A DNA stretch of 64,000 nucleotides from an uncultured Rickettsiales bacterium (GCA_964575095.1 CAZNPA010000002.1:101204-165203); one strand, 5' to 3'. Shown: positions 9,038 through 19,225, counted from the first letter of the stretch. Numbers and translations are program-made. Notes: generated from the sequence alone by a model not told the origin.

Positions 9038-9144
9038 AATGTATCCCCTGGCGTTGTTGTTTCGTATCTATCTGATTCTAACAAAAAAATGCCTACTAAA
9101 TATTAAGATTTAATGACAATTGGCGCCGCCGAATAAATCGTTAT

Positions 9145-10023
9145 TTATCCGCCAATTGCATACACTAATCCGCCCAGGTCGGAGTAGTTAATCTGCGCTT
9201 GCGCCTGCGCGCGCACGGTGGGCTTGGCGTGGTAGGCAACGCCTAATCCTGCCGCCAGCAGCATCGGCAGATCGTTGGCGCCGTCGCCGATGGCCAATAC
9301 GTCTTCGGGGGAAATCCGTAGTTTCCGGCAGGTCTCTTTGAGCGTCTCCAGCTTGGCTTCCTTGCCAAGAATGGGCGGCAGCACGTTGCCGGTCAGCAGT
9401 CCGCCCGCAATCTCCAGCCGGTTGCTTCTCGCCTCGTCGAAGCCGAGCATATCTTTTACCTTGTCGGCGAAGAAATCGAAGCCGCCGGAAACGAGCATGG
9501 TGTAGGCGCCGTTCTTTTTCATGGCGGCGACCAGTTCCTTAGCTCCCGGCATCAGCCGCACTTTTTCATCCATGACGGTTTGCAAAGCCGATTCCGGCAT
9601 GCCTTTCAGCAGCCCGACGCGCTCCTTAAGCGCCGCCTCGAAATCGATTTCGCCGTTCATGGCGCGCGCGGTGATGGCGGCGATTTTGTCGCGCAGCCCC
9701 ACCATCTCCGCCAGCTCGTCGAGGCACTCGCAGGTGATGATCGTTGATTCCATGTCGGCGACCAGCATCCGTTTTCTGCGCGTCGCGACCGGCTGCACGA
9801 TGGCGTCGACATCAGTGCCGCGGATGGCGTCCTGCACGATGGCGTCCAGCGTATCGGGCGAAGCGTGCCGGGCGAATAAATCAATGGCCGCGCCCTCCTT
9901 CAGCCACGCGCTTTTTTCGACACGCACGTCTTGCATGGCGAGCGCATGCGCAATAGACTCGGCCAGCGCCGGGGTCAGGGGCGCTTTCAGGGGATCGGCA
10001 ATCACGGTGACAACGAAATCCAT
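9145..10023 (-). CDS. serB: Phosphoserine phosphatase
   Basis: HAD motifs LVADMESTII.ECLDELA, LVSGGF, K, AIGDGANDLPML. Start ATG 10023 (or 10032). Confidence 0.95.
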   Translation of the reverse strand: MDFVVTVIADPLKAPLTPALAESIAHALAMQDVRVEKSAWLKEGAAIDLFARHASPDTLDAIVQDAIRGTDVDAIVQPVATRRKRMLVADMESTIITCECLDELAEMVGLRDKIAAITARAMNGEIDFEAALKERVGLLKGMPESALQTVMDEKVRLMPGAKELVAAMKKNGAYTMLVSGGFDFFADKVKDMLGFDEARSNRLEIAGGLLTGNVLPPILGKEAKLETLKETCRKLRISPEDVLAIGDGANDLPMLLAAGLGVAYHAKPTVRAQAQAQINYSDLGGLVYAIGG

Positions 10024-10867
10024 ACCTACCATCTCTATTGTCTGCGGGCCGACGGCCAGCGGCAAGTCGGCGCTTGCATTATCCTTAGCGCAAAAAGAGA
10101 ACGGCGTCATCATCAATGCCGATTCGCAGCAGGTCTATCAGGATTTACGAATACTCACCGCACGGCCGTCGCCGGAAGAAGAGGCCTTGGTTCCTCATCG
10201 TTTATATGGATTTATGCCCGCGCACGCCGTGTGCTCGGCGGGCAAGTGGCTGGAGTTCGTCAAGATGGAAATCGACTGGGCGCTGTCGCAGGGGAAAACG
10301 CCCATCGTCTGCGGCGGCACCGGCCTCTATTTGAAAGCACTGATGGAGGGCATCGCCGACATTCCTGACATCGACGACAGCATCCGCGCCCAAGCGATGA
10401 GCGATTACGATCAGATGGGAAAAGACGCCTTCGCCGCCCGCCTGCGTGACGTCGATGCGCTGTTTTTCGAGCGCCTCAAAGTGCACGATCGGCAGCGGCT
10501 GGTGCGCGCCTATGCCGTGTGGCTAGGTACGGGAAAAACCTTAAGCTGGTGGCAAGCGCGGGGCGCGACGCCGATATATCCAAAAGAATCTTTCGAGATC
10601 ACCAAAGTCGAAATCCCGCGCGACGAGCTTTACCGCCGTTGCGACGAACGCTTTGTAAAAATGATAGAGCAGGGCGCTATTGAGGAAGTGAAGAACCTGC
10701 TTGTCTTGCACCTTTCGCCGCAATTGCCGGTAATGAAATCAGTGAGCGTGCCGGAGCTATCGGCTTATATCAAAGGCGAAATCTCTTTGGATGAGGCGAC
10801 TGCCAAGGCCCAACAAGCCACCCGCAACTACGCCAAGCGGCAGCTGACATGGTTCAGGAATCAGTGA
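10007..10867 (+). CDS. miaA: tRNA dimethylallyltransferase
   Basis: GPTASGKS, INADSQQVY, PHRLYG, CGGTGLY, TRNYAKRQLTWFR. The only plausible start near the P-loop is GTG 10007. Confidence 0.93.
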   Translation: MTTKSIPTISIVCGPTASGKSALALSLAQKENGVIINADSQQVYQDLRILTARPSPEEEALVPHRLYGFMPAHAVCSAGKWLEFVKMEIDWALSQGKTPIVCGGTGLYLKALMEGIADIPDIDDSIRAQAMSDYDQMGKDAFAARLRDVDALFFERLKVHDRQRLVRAYAVWLGTGKTLSWWQARGATPIYPKESFEITKVEIPRDELYRRCDERFVKMIEQGAIEEVKNLLVLHLSPQLPVMKSVSVPELSAYIKGEISLDEATAKAQQATRNYAKRQLTWFRNQ

Positions 10868-11349
10868 GAGATCCAAGGAGTAGGCTTATCCGGTCTTGAG
10901 AGTTTTTCTTCAAGCCTGCGGTTGGCGCGGGAGTTCGCTTGATTAATTAAGCGGCGCGTAAAAACCCCTTCCCCGTTGCCTTTGCAATCCCTGGCCAGTT
11001 CCGGGGTCCGGCTGAAGATTGCCTTCAGCGCGTTATTATGCCCGTATTCGGCGCAGAACTGCGCCATTTCGGCGTTGGGCTGCGCGCCGATTTTGAACAG
11101 CTCCTCGGCGACCTGGCCGTCGTTATTCTTGACGGCGAGATCCAATAGCTCATTTTTTGTTTGCGCGGGAAGATTCGCCAGCGCGTCTTCTGCGGGTATC
11201 GCCATATGGCGATTCTCGAAATAATCACGAATGTAGGGCAGCGCCGTTAATTTGAAACTGACCGTTACCGGCAAGAAACGGGAAGGGGAAAAAACGGATT
11301 TTTTACCATCCCCCAGCTCGGCGCCTTTGGTGCTGACAAAAAATTTCAT
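10861..11349 (-). CDS. Hypothetical protein with degenerate ankyrin-like repeats
   Basis: LLDLAVKNNDGQVAEELFKIGAQPN and MAQFCAEYGHNNALKAIF resemble ankyrin helices; AGGAAG upstream. Confidence 0.6.
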   Translation of the reverse strand: MKFFVSTKGAELGDGKKSVFSPSRFLPVTVSFKLTALPYIRDYFENRHMAIPAEDALANLPAQTKNELLDLAVKNNDGQVAEELFKIGAQPNAEMAQFCAEYGHNNALKAIFSRTPELARDCKGNGEGVFTRRLINQANSRANRRLEEKLSRPDKPTPWISH

Positions 11350-11376
11350 TAATCTTCCTTTTGGCGTAGTATGCCG

Positions 11377-11406
11377 TTGACCCTGTTATCGTGAAAAGAT
11401 TACACT
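11377..11406 (+). promoter_or_regulatory. sigma70-type promoter for ilvC-like operon
   Basis: TTGACC-N18-TACACT. Confidence 0.45.
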
Positions 11407-11474
11407 ATATTTCCGTTTTCAAGGCATGCGTAAGCCGCATGCAAGCTATGAAGAAATGTTATAGAAACAAGATC

Positions 11475-12500
11475 ATGCGCACCTATACCGACACCGACGC
11501 CGATTTGAGCCTCATCAAAGGCAAAAAGATTGCCGTCATCGGTTATGGCAGCCAGGGGCATGCGCAGGCGCTGAATTTGCGCGACTCCGGTGTCAAAAAT
11601 ATCCGCATCGGCCTTAAGCCAAATTCCAAAAGCGCAGCCATTGCCAAAGCCGCAAAATTTGAAGTTATAAGCATTGCCGAGGCGGCGAAATGGGCGGATG
11701 TCGTCGCGCTGCTCACGCCCGACGAAACGCAGGCGGAGATTTATAAAAAACATATCGCACCCAATTTAAAAAAAGGCGCATCGCTGGTCTTCGCGCACGG
11801 GTTCAACGTGCATTTCAAATTCATCAAGCCGCGCGCCGATTTGGATGTGTGGATGGTGGCGCCCAAGGAAGTGGGGCCCGTCGTGCGCTCGGAATATCAA
11901 AAAGGCGGCGGTGTGCCGTGCCTCATCGCCGTGCATAAAAATAGTTCGGGTAAAGCGAAAGCGCTGGCGCTTTCCTATGCGCTAGCGCTGGGCTGCGGCA
12001 GCAAAGGAATATTCGAGACGACCTTCGGCGACGAATGCGAAGTCGATCTGTTCGGCGAGCAGGCGGTGCTGTTCGGCGGCCTGCCGCCCCTGATGCGCGC
12101 TGGATTTGAGACATTGGTCGAGAGCGGCTACGCGCCGGAGATGGCCTATTTCAAATGCGTGCAGCAGGTAAAATTGGTGGCCGACGCCATCGCCGCGCGT
12201 GGCATCTCCGGCATGAACGAAATCATTTCCAACACGGCGGAATATGGTGGTTACATTGCCGAAAAATCCCTCGTCACCAAAAAGACCAAGAAAAAAATGA
12301 AACGTCTTTTGAAAAATATCCAGTCCGGAAAATTCGCCCGCGCATGGATGAAGGAAAACAACACCGGCCTCAAGTTTTTTGCGGCGCAGCATAAGAAAAC
12401 CGCCAAGCACAAGATGGAGGCGGTGGGAAAGAAACTGCGGGACGGAATGCTGGAGAGCGGCAAAAATAAACGAATGAACAGGGCAAAGGGGGAAAAATAA
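11475..12500 (+). CDS. ilvC: Ketol-acid reductoisomerase-like protein with substituted active-site residues
   Basis: [40 protein letters not shown]; but YFKCVQQVK replaces canonical YFECLHEVK. Confidence 0.85.
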   Translation: MRTYTDTDADLSLIKGKKIAVIGYGSQGHAQALNLRDSGVKNIRIGLKPNSKSAAIAKAAKFEVISIAEAAKWADVVALLTPDETQAEIYKKHIAPNLKKGASLVFAHGFNVHFKFIKPRADLDVWMVAPKEVGPVVRSEYQKGGGVPCLIAVHKNSSGKAKALALSYALALGCGSKGIFETTFGDECEVDLFGEQAVLFGGLPPLMRAGFETLVESGYAPEMAYFKCVQQVKLVADAIAARGISGMNEIISNTAEYGGYIAEKSLVTKKTKKKMKRLLKNIQSGKFARAWMKENNTGLKFFAAQHKKTAKHKMEAVGKKLRDGMLESGKNKRMNRAKGEK

Positions 12501-12997
12501 TGGCATTTATCTTAACTCAAGCGCATCTCGATAGAATCGCTGAAATTGCAAAGAAGGCTAGCGACGCCGCTTTTTCCAATGTGGGCATTTTACCCACGGA
12601 TAGCGCCGGGAAAAAAAGCGATTATTATGAGCATCTCCAAAATGGATTTACCGGCGTTATAAGATTGTGCGAGGCCATGGCCGACATGCCTGATTCCGTG
12701 CAGCAGTGGCAGGATAGTTTGTATAAGGGACGCGATAAAAACTTGCCTGATATTCCAAAAGAGAGCGTACAGTTTATGCAAAACATTCAAGATGAATACG
12801 AATTGAAAGGTAAGCTTCTGGAAGCTAGGACGTTATGGAAAGACGATCCGCGCAGTCGGGGGCTGGATTATCAAGACACACAGCTAGCCATTGACGATAT
12901 TGGGCAAAAAGCGGCGGCCACCGAGGTATTAAAATACCTGGAAACGCTGCAGGGCTGGCAACGCGCTGCAACAACACCCACGCCGCCACGGTCTTGA
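12500..12997 (+). CDS. Hypothetical helical protein
   Basis: 165-aa ORF coupled to the ilvC stop (TAATG); AT-richer than its neighbours. Confidence 0.65.
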   Translation: MAFILTQAHLDRIAEIAKKASDAAFSNVGILPTDSAGKKSDYYEHLQNGFTGVIRLCEAMADMPDSVQQWQDSLYKGRDKNLPDIPKESVQFMQNIQDEYELKGKLLEARTLWKDDPRSRGLDYQDTQLAIDDIGQKAAATEVLKYLETLQGWQRAATTPTPPRS

Positions 12998-13061
12998 TAA
13001 ATCCCAAATCTCTGTATGCCGCAGGATGACAGATAATAAATAATGTTGTAACAGTGACAAT

Positions 13062-14216
13062 ATGACCGACCGCATCATCATCTTCGACACCACCTTGCGC
13101 GACGGCGAGCAGTCGCCGGGCATGTCGATGACGACGCCGGAGAAGCTGCAGGTGGCGGAGGTGCTGGACGCCATGGGCGTCGACGTCATCGAGGCGGGGT
13201 TCGCCATCGCGAGCCAGGGCGATTTCGAGGCAGTGCGCGAGATAGCCAAACGCACCAAGAATTCGGTGGTGTGCTCGCTGGCGCGCGCCAAGTCGGCGGA
13301 CATCGAGCGCGCCGCCGAGGCCATCAAACCGGCGAAGCGCGGCCGCATCCACACCTTCATGTCGACGTCCGAAATCCATCTCAAATACCAATACCGCATC
13401 GATAACGACGCCTGCCTTGGGATGATACGCGATAGCGTCACGCTGGCGCGCACATTCACCGATAACGTCGAATGGTCGGCGATGGATTCCACGCGCACCG
13501 ATAAAGATTTTCTCTGCAAGGCGGTAGAAGAAGCGATCAAGTGCGGCGCGACGACGGTCAATATTCCCGACACCGTTGGTTATGCAACGCCCAATGATTA
13601 CGGCGCACTGATCGCGCATCTTAAAAACAAAGTGCCCAATATCGACAAGGCCGTCATCTCGACGCACTGCCAGAACGACCTCGGCCTCGCCACCGCCAAC
13701 AGTTTGGCCGCCATCTTAAATGGAGCGCGGCAGATCGAGTGCACCATCAACGGCATCGGCGAGCGCGCCGGGAATACGTCGCTCGAGGAAGTGGTGATGG
13801 CGATCAAGGTGCGCTCCGACATTTACAAATTCAAAACCAATATCGACAGCACGCACATCATGCGCGCCTCGCGGCTGATACAGGATATCACCGGCGAGAA
13901 GGTGCAGGTCAACAAGGCCATCGTCGGCGCCAACGCGTTCGCGCACGAATCCGGCATCCACCAGGACGGCGTCTTGAAGCACGCCGGAACCTACGAAATC
14001 ATGACGCCGGAATCGGTGGGGCTGGAAAAGTCCAACCTGGTGATGGGCAAGCACTCCGGGCGCCACGCATTTAAGGATAAGCTGGTGTCGCTGGGCTTCA
14101 ATTTGGGCGACAATGCCATCGAGGACGCCTTCCACCGCTTCAAGGAACTGGCTGACAAGCAGAAAAAAATCGACGATCAGGACATAATCACCCTCATCAA
14201 GAAAATGGCGTCGTAA
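13062..14216 (+). CDS. leuA: 2-isopropylmalate synthase, short form (no C-terminal regulatory domain)
   Basis: DTTLRDGEQSPG, HCQNDLGLA, GERAGN, HESGIHQDG, GKHSGRHA; ends at 384 aa. Confidence 0.9.
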   Translation: MTDRIIIFDTTLRDGEQSPGMSMTTPEKLQVAEVLDAMGVDVIEAGFAIASQGDFEAVREIAKRTKNSVVCSLARAKSADIERAAEAIKPAKRGRIHTFMSTSEIHLKYQYRIDNDACLGMIRDSVTLARTFTDNVEWSAMDSTRTDKDFLCKAVEEAIKCGATTVNIPDTVGYATPNDYGALIAHLKNKVPNIDKAVISTHCQNDLGLATANSLAAILNGARQIECTINGIGERAGNTSLEEVVMAIKVRSDIYKFKTNIDSTHIMRASRLIQDITGEKVQVNKAIVGANAFAHESGIHQDGVLKHAGTYEIMTPESVGLEKSNLVMGKHSGRHAFKDKLVSLGFNLGDNAIEDAFHRFKELADKQKKIDDQDIITLIKKMAS

Positions 14217-14219
14217 AAT

Positions 14220-14249
14220 TTCCCCTCTCCCGCTTGCGGGAGAGGGGAA
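14220..14249. terminator. Perfect GC-rich hairpin (REP-like or terminator) after leuA
   Basis: ttcccctctcccgc-tt-gcgggagaggggaa, 14-bp arms. Degenerate relatives at ~6503-6525 and ~18804-18826. Confidence 0.6.
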
Positions 14250-14254
14250 TATAA

Positions 14255-15379
<1,125 letters not shown>

Positions 15380-15444
15380 AAGGCGGGCATTTTTTCTATT
15401 AGGCTTAGCGAAAAACCGTCCCGCTTTAGTCCTTTTTTTCGCCT

Positions 15445-15460
15445 TTAATATTAGTTTAAC
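15445..15460 (+). promoter_or_regulatory. CtrA box upstream of mreC
   Basis: TTAA-tattagt-TTAAC (TTAA-N7-TTAAC). Confidence 0.65.
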
Positions 15461-15546
15461 TCAAACTTTACTCATTTTTAATAGACACGCGCCTTTTTTG
15501 TATTTTTCGAGTTGCGCTGTGGCTTTCCTGAAGTCAAAATAGAGAG

Positions 15547-16377
15547 ATGTCCGCGCGAAAACCACAACCGATCCTTGTCACGCTGCCAGCGAAAGCCTGG
15601 CTGCGCCGCGCGTTGCAGATATTTCTCGTACTATCGGCGCTGATGTTGCTCTCCATGAGCAAAGCCGGAAACCCGGCGGCGGTGAAACTGCGCGCGACGG
15701 TGCTGGATACAGTAACGCCGGTGATGGAAGTGGTGGCGAGTCCCTTCGATGCGATGGCAAACGCCGGGCAATGGTTTACCGACGTAGTCGATACGCATGC
15801 GCAAAACATTGCGCTTAAGAATGAAAATGTCCAGTTGCTGCAATGGCAGCAGATGGCGAAGCGCTTGAGCGCCGAGAACGAATCGCTGAAACGCTTAATG
15901 AACGCCATTCCCATGCGTAAACAATCCTATATCACCGCGCGGCTGGTGGCCGATATCGGCGGGCCGTTCTCGCAGTCGGCGCTGATCAACGGCGGCAAAG
16001 AGCATGGCGTCAAAATCGATCAGGCGGTCATCAATGAAGACGGGCTTATCGGCCGCGTCATGGAAGTGGGCGAGGGCAGTGCGCGCGTGCTGCTCTTATC
16101 CGACATCAATTCCCGCATCCCGGTCATTGCCGAACACGCTCGCGAAAAAAGCATGCTGACCGGCAACAACCACGCACTGCCGGTGCTGTCGTATCTTGCC
16201 GTCGGCAGCCGGATCGGCGTCGGCGAACGTCTGGTTACGTCCGGCGACGGCGGAATTTTCCCCGCCGGCGTGCCGGTGGGCGAGGTGGTCTCGATCGACG
16301 GCGGCGTTGTCACCGTGCAGCCTTTTGCCGACATGGCGCATATCGAATACGTCAGCGTCATCGATTATAAATTCTAA
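15547..16377 (+). CDS. mreC: Rod shape-determining protein MreC
   Basis: N-terminal TM, coiled coil (ENESLKRL), GLIGRV, LLSDINSRIPV, LVTSGDGGIFPAGVPVG. Confidence 0.95.
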   Translation: MSARKPQPILVTLPAKAWLRRALQIFLVLSALMLLSMSKAGNPAAVKLRATVLDTVTPVMEVVASPFDAMANAGQWFTDVVDTHAQNIALKNENVQLLQWQQMAKRLSAENESLKRLMNAIPMRKQSYITARLVADIGGPFSQSALINGGKEHGVKIDQAVINEDGLIGRVMEVGEGSARVLLLSDINSRIPVIAEHAREKSMLTGNNHALPVLSYLAVGSRIGVGERLVTSGDGGIFPAGVPVGEVVSIDGGVVTVQPFADMAHIEYVSVIDYKF

Positions 16378-16381
16378 AATC

Positions 16382-16915
16382 ATGGCGCCGCTTTCCCAAC
16401 GGCTGGAATTGTTTTTTCTGGCGGCGCTTCCGGCGTTGCTGACTCTGGTGTTCATGCTTATTTATCTGGCGCCCAAGCATGTCGAGAGCATCCGCGCCAT
16501 CATGCCGCTCTTGCCGCTCTTGCCGGTATTTTACTGGGGTATGCTGCACACGCGCGCAATTCCCTATTGGTTCATGTTCTTAATCGGCCTGGTAATGGAC
16601 GCGGCCAGCGGCGCGCCGATGGGGCTGACCTCGCTTTTGTATATGCTCTTTCTTGCTCTGGTTACCATGCAGCGCAAAATGGTGCACAAGGAAGGCTTCA
16701 TGATTAAATGGAGCTATTTCAGCATATTATTGCTGGCGTTGCTGGTGCTGAATTGGCTGGGGCTCGCCTGGGCATACGCCAAAACGCCGCCGGTGCTTTC
16801 GGCTATGATGCAATGGGCGCTGACGGCGGCGTGTTACCCTCTGGCGCACTATGCCTTCGATTTCATCGAGCAATATATCCACGACCGCCGCTGGAAGATA
16901 CTGCACGGCAGGTAG
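16382..16915 (+). CDS. mreD: Rod shape-determining protein MreD
   Basis: Polytopic membrane protein (FYWG, FLIGLVMDA..GAPMG) between mreC and mrdA. Confidence 0.88.
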   Translation: MAPLSQRLELFFLAALPALLTLVFMLIYLAPKHVESIRAIMPLLPLLPVFYWGMLHTRAIPYWFMFLIGLVMDAASGAPMGLTSLLYMLFLALVTMQRKMVHKEGFMIKWSYFSILLLALLVLNWLGLAWAYAKTPPVLSAMMQWALTAACYPLAHYAFDFIEQYIHDRRWKILHGR

Positions 16916-16994
16916 GTTTCAGGTTTGAGGTTTCAGGTTTGAGCGGTTATAGCTATAGATTAGCTGAAACCTCAAACCTGAAACCTTAAACCTA
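16913..16994. repeat. Inverted heptamer array (AGGTTT[C/G])n ... ([C/G]AAACCT)n
   Basis: Four heptamers per arm; 23-bp perfect IR 16914-16936 / 16964-16986; fills the mreD-mrdA spacer. Confidence 0.9.
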
Positions 16995-18800
16995 ATGCCA
17001 AAAGACCACGACAAACAACGCATGCTGACGCGCCGCGCCGTACTTTTCGGCGGCCTGCAAATGGGTACGCTGGCGGTGCTGCTTGGGCGGCTGGCCTATC
17101 TGCAGTTTTTCAAGGCCGGCGAATATAAGACGCTGTCGCAGAACAACCACATTAAGCTGCAGCCGGTGCCGGCGGATCGTGGCCGGATTTTGGACCGCGT
17201 CGGGCTGGCGCTGGCGGATAACGATAAAAACTACCAGCTCTTTGTCGATGCCAGCAGCCTTACGCGCGACACCTACCGTGCGACGATAGACCGGCTCAAC
17301 ATGCTCCTCAATCTGCCGGAAAAGAAATTGCAGCAGTTGCAGGCCGTGCGTCCGTCGTCGGCGATGCCGCCGCAGCCGGTCAAGGACCATCTGACCTGGG
17401 AAGAAGTGTCACTGGTGGAGCTGCATATATTGTCGTTACCGGGTGTGTATATAGACGCCGTGCAGCTGCGCCATTACCCGCTCGCGGATAAAGCCGCGCA
17501 CCTGACCGGCTATCTCGGCGCGGCGACACCCGAAGAAATGGACAGCGATGCCGAGCAAGCGCTGCTTCGCCTGCCGGAATTTAAAATCGGCAAGAGCGGC
17601 GTCGAGAAAATGCTGGAGCCGCGCCTGCGCGGCACGGCGGCGGTGCGCAAGCTCGAAGTCAACGTGCACGGCGTCGTCGTGCGCGAGGCGGGAAAATCAC
17701 AGAGCGTTCCCGGCGAGGACGTAAAACTCACCATCGACCGCCGCGTGCAGGACGTCATCGCCGAGAAACTGAAAGGCCAGAGCGGCTCGGCGGTGATGCT
17801 CGAGATCGCCACCGGCAACGTGCTGGCGCTGGTCTCCGTCCCGGCCTTCGATCCCAACCATTTCAGCTTCGGCATTCCGGCCGACGATTGGAAAAAACTC
17901 AACGCCGATAAATATATCCCGCTCCTCAACAAAGCCATCGGCGGCCAGTACCCGCCCGGCTCAACGTTCAAGATGATGGTGGGTCTGACGGGACTTGAGC
18001 GGGGCGTCATCAAGCCGTCGTTCAAAGTGTATTGCCCCGGTTATTTCATGTATGGCGACCACCGTTTCGGCTGCTGGAAGGCCGGCGGGCACGGCACGGT
18101 CGGTTATCACGAAGCCATTGAGCAATCCTGCGACACGTTTTTCTACACCGTTGCCGACCGCGTCGGTATCCAGCCTTTTGCCGACATGTCTCGGAAATTC
18201 GGCCTCGGCCAGTTTTACAATTTGGGCATATTGGGCGAGCGCGCCGGCTCGATCCCGGATCCGGCGTGGAAAATGAAAATCTATAAGCAGCCGTGGACCG
18301 GCGGCGACACCATCAACTGCTCGATCGGGCAGGGTTATGTGCTGTCAACGCCCCTGCAACTGGCGGTGATGGCGGCGCGTCTTGCCAGCGGCAAGGAAGT
18401 CGTGCCGCGGCTGCTTGTGCCAAAAGGCGAGGAGACGCCGCCATTTTTCGCCAATATCGACATTGAGCCGGATTTTCTGGAACAGACACGCGACGGCATG
18501 TCGGCGGTGGTGAATTCCGGCAGCGGTACGGCGCACGGCAGCTGCATCAACGATCCGCGCTATGCCTTCGCCGGAAAAACCGGCACGTCGCAGGTGCGAA
18601 AACTTATTCGCCTCGGCATGAACCAGAATTTATTGCCATGGGAAGCGCGGCATCATGGGTTGTTCGTCGGTCATGCGCCGGTGGACCAACCGAAATACGC
18701 CATCGGCATCGCCGTCGAGCACGGAGGATCCGGCGCCGCCGCCGCCGCACCGGTGGCCAAGGAAGCGTTCCTTGCAGTGCAGAAATTGGCGGACGTATAA
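16995..18800 (+). CDS. mrdA: Penicillin-binding protein 2
   Basis: RGRILDR, YPPGSTFK (SxxK), SCDTFFY, IGQG, GKTGTSQV. Confidence 0.96.
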   Translation: MPKDHDKQRMLTRRAVLFGGLQMGTLAVLLGRLAYLQFFKAGEYKTLSQNNHIKLQPVPADRGRILDRVGLALADNDKNYQLFVDASSLTRDTYRATIDRLNMLLNLPEKKLQQLQAVRPSSAMPPQPVKDHLTWEEVSLVELHILSLPGVYIDAVQLRHYPLADKAAHLTGYLGAATPEEMDSDAEQALLRLPEFKIGKSGVEKMLEPRLRGTAAVRKLEVNVHGVVVREAGKSQSVPGEDVKLTIDRRVQDVIAEKLKGQSGSAVMLEIATGNVLALVSVPAFDPNHFSFGIPADDWKKLNADKYIPLLNKAIGGQYPPGSTFKMMVGLTGLERGVIKPSFKVYCPGYFMYGDHRFGCWKAGGHGTVGYHEAIEQSCDTFFYTVADRVGIQPFADMSRKFGLGQFYNLGILGERAGSIPDPAWKMKIYKQPWTGGDTINCSIGQGYVLSTPLQLAVMAARLASGKEVVPRLLVPKGEETPPFFANIDIEPDFLEQTRDGMSAVVNSGSGTAHGSCINDPRYAFAGKTGTSQVRKLIRLGMNQNLLPWEARHHGLFVGHAPVDQPKYAIGIAVEHGGSGAAAAAPVAKEAFLAVQKLADV

Positions 18801-18839
18801 TTTGCTCCCCCCGCCAGCAGGGGAGGCGGTGTCCCGTAT

Positions 18840-19085
18840 CTATTCCTGCTCCAGCGCCCGCATCATTTCCGGCGGAATGATGAAAGCGCTGCTGGCGAGT
18901 TTTTTACGCAGGCTTTCCACCGTTTCCAGCGTCGAAAGGCAACTGCCCTCGACCTTAAGCAGCAGGCGCAGGCACTGCTCGTTGGGTTGGAATTGTTCGT
19001 TGCGTTCCATACGCATCAGCTCCTCGTCGAGCACGTTCACCATTGTGGCCAATGATTTCAGGATGTCTTGTAAGCGGGCGTCCAT
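18840..19085 (-). CDS. Small hypothetical coiled-coil protein divergent from XRE repressor
   Basis: 81-aa ORF; GAGGG upstream; helical heptad pattern. Confidence 0.65.
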   Translation of the reverse strand: MDARLQDILKSLATMVNVLDEELMRMERNEQFQPNEQCLRLLLKVEGSCLSTLETVESLRKKLASSAFIIPPEMMRALEQE

Positions 19086-19141
19086 GATGTTTTTCCCTCA
19101 TTTTTTATTTTCGGCGGCAGTCCAAACTACGCCCTATTATA

Positions 19142-19191
19142 TTGAGATAAACTCAACTTGAAGTCAAGAAAATATTAAGATAAACTCAACT
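19142..19191. promoter_or_regulatory. Twin operator sites TTGAG-N5-CTCAA
   Basis: 19142-19156 is a perfect palindrome (TTGAG ATAAA CTCAA); 19175-19189 has one mismatch (TTAAG ATAAA CTCAA). The 14-mer AGATAAACTCAACT repeats at 33-bp spacing. Confidence 0.75.
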
Positions 19192-19225
19192 GCTCGAATA
19201 ACGGTTTCCGTTTACAAAAGGAGGC

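Noticed and set aside
9521-10006. Long 5' extension of the miaA ORF, and similar extensions on mrp, recJ, GNAT, mreD and SDR
   Set aside because: The extensions run through neighbouring genes in another frame or strand; homology starts at the downstream starts used.
12998-13031. gcaggatgacag upstream of leuA as a family-A copy
   Set aside because: Only the terminal ~10 nt match and there is no partner arm; possibly a remnant but not supportable.
19145-19191. 14-bp direct repeats as a mini-CRISPR
   Set aside because: Only two copies, too short, no cas genes; better explained as palindromic operators.
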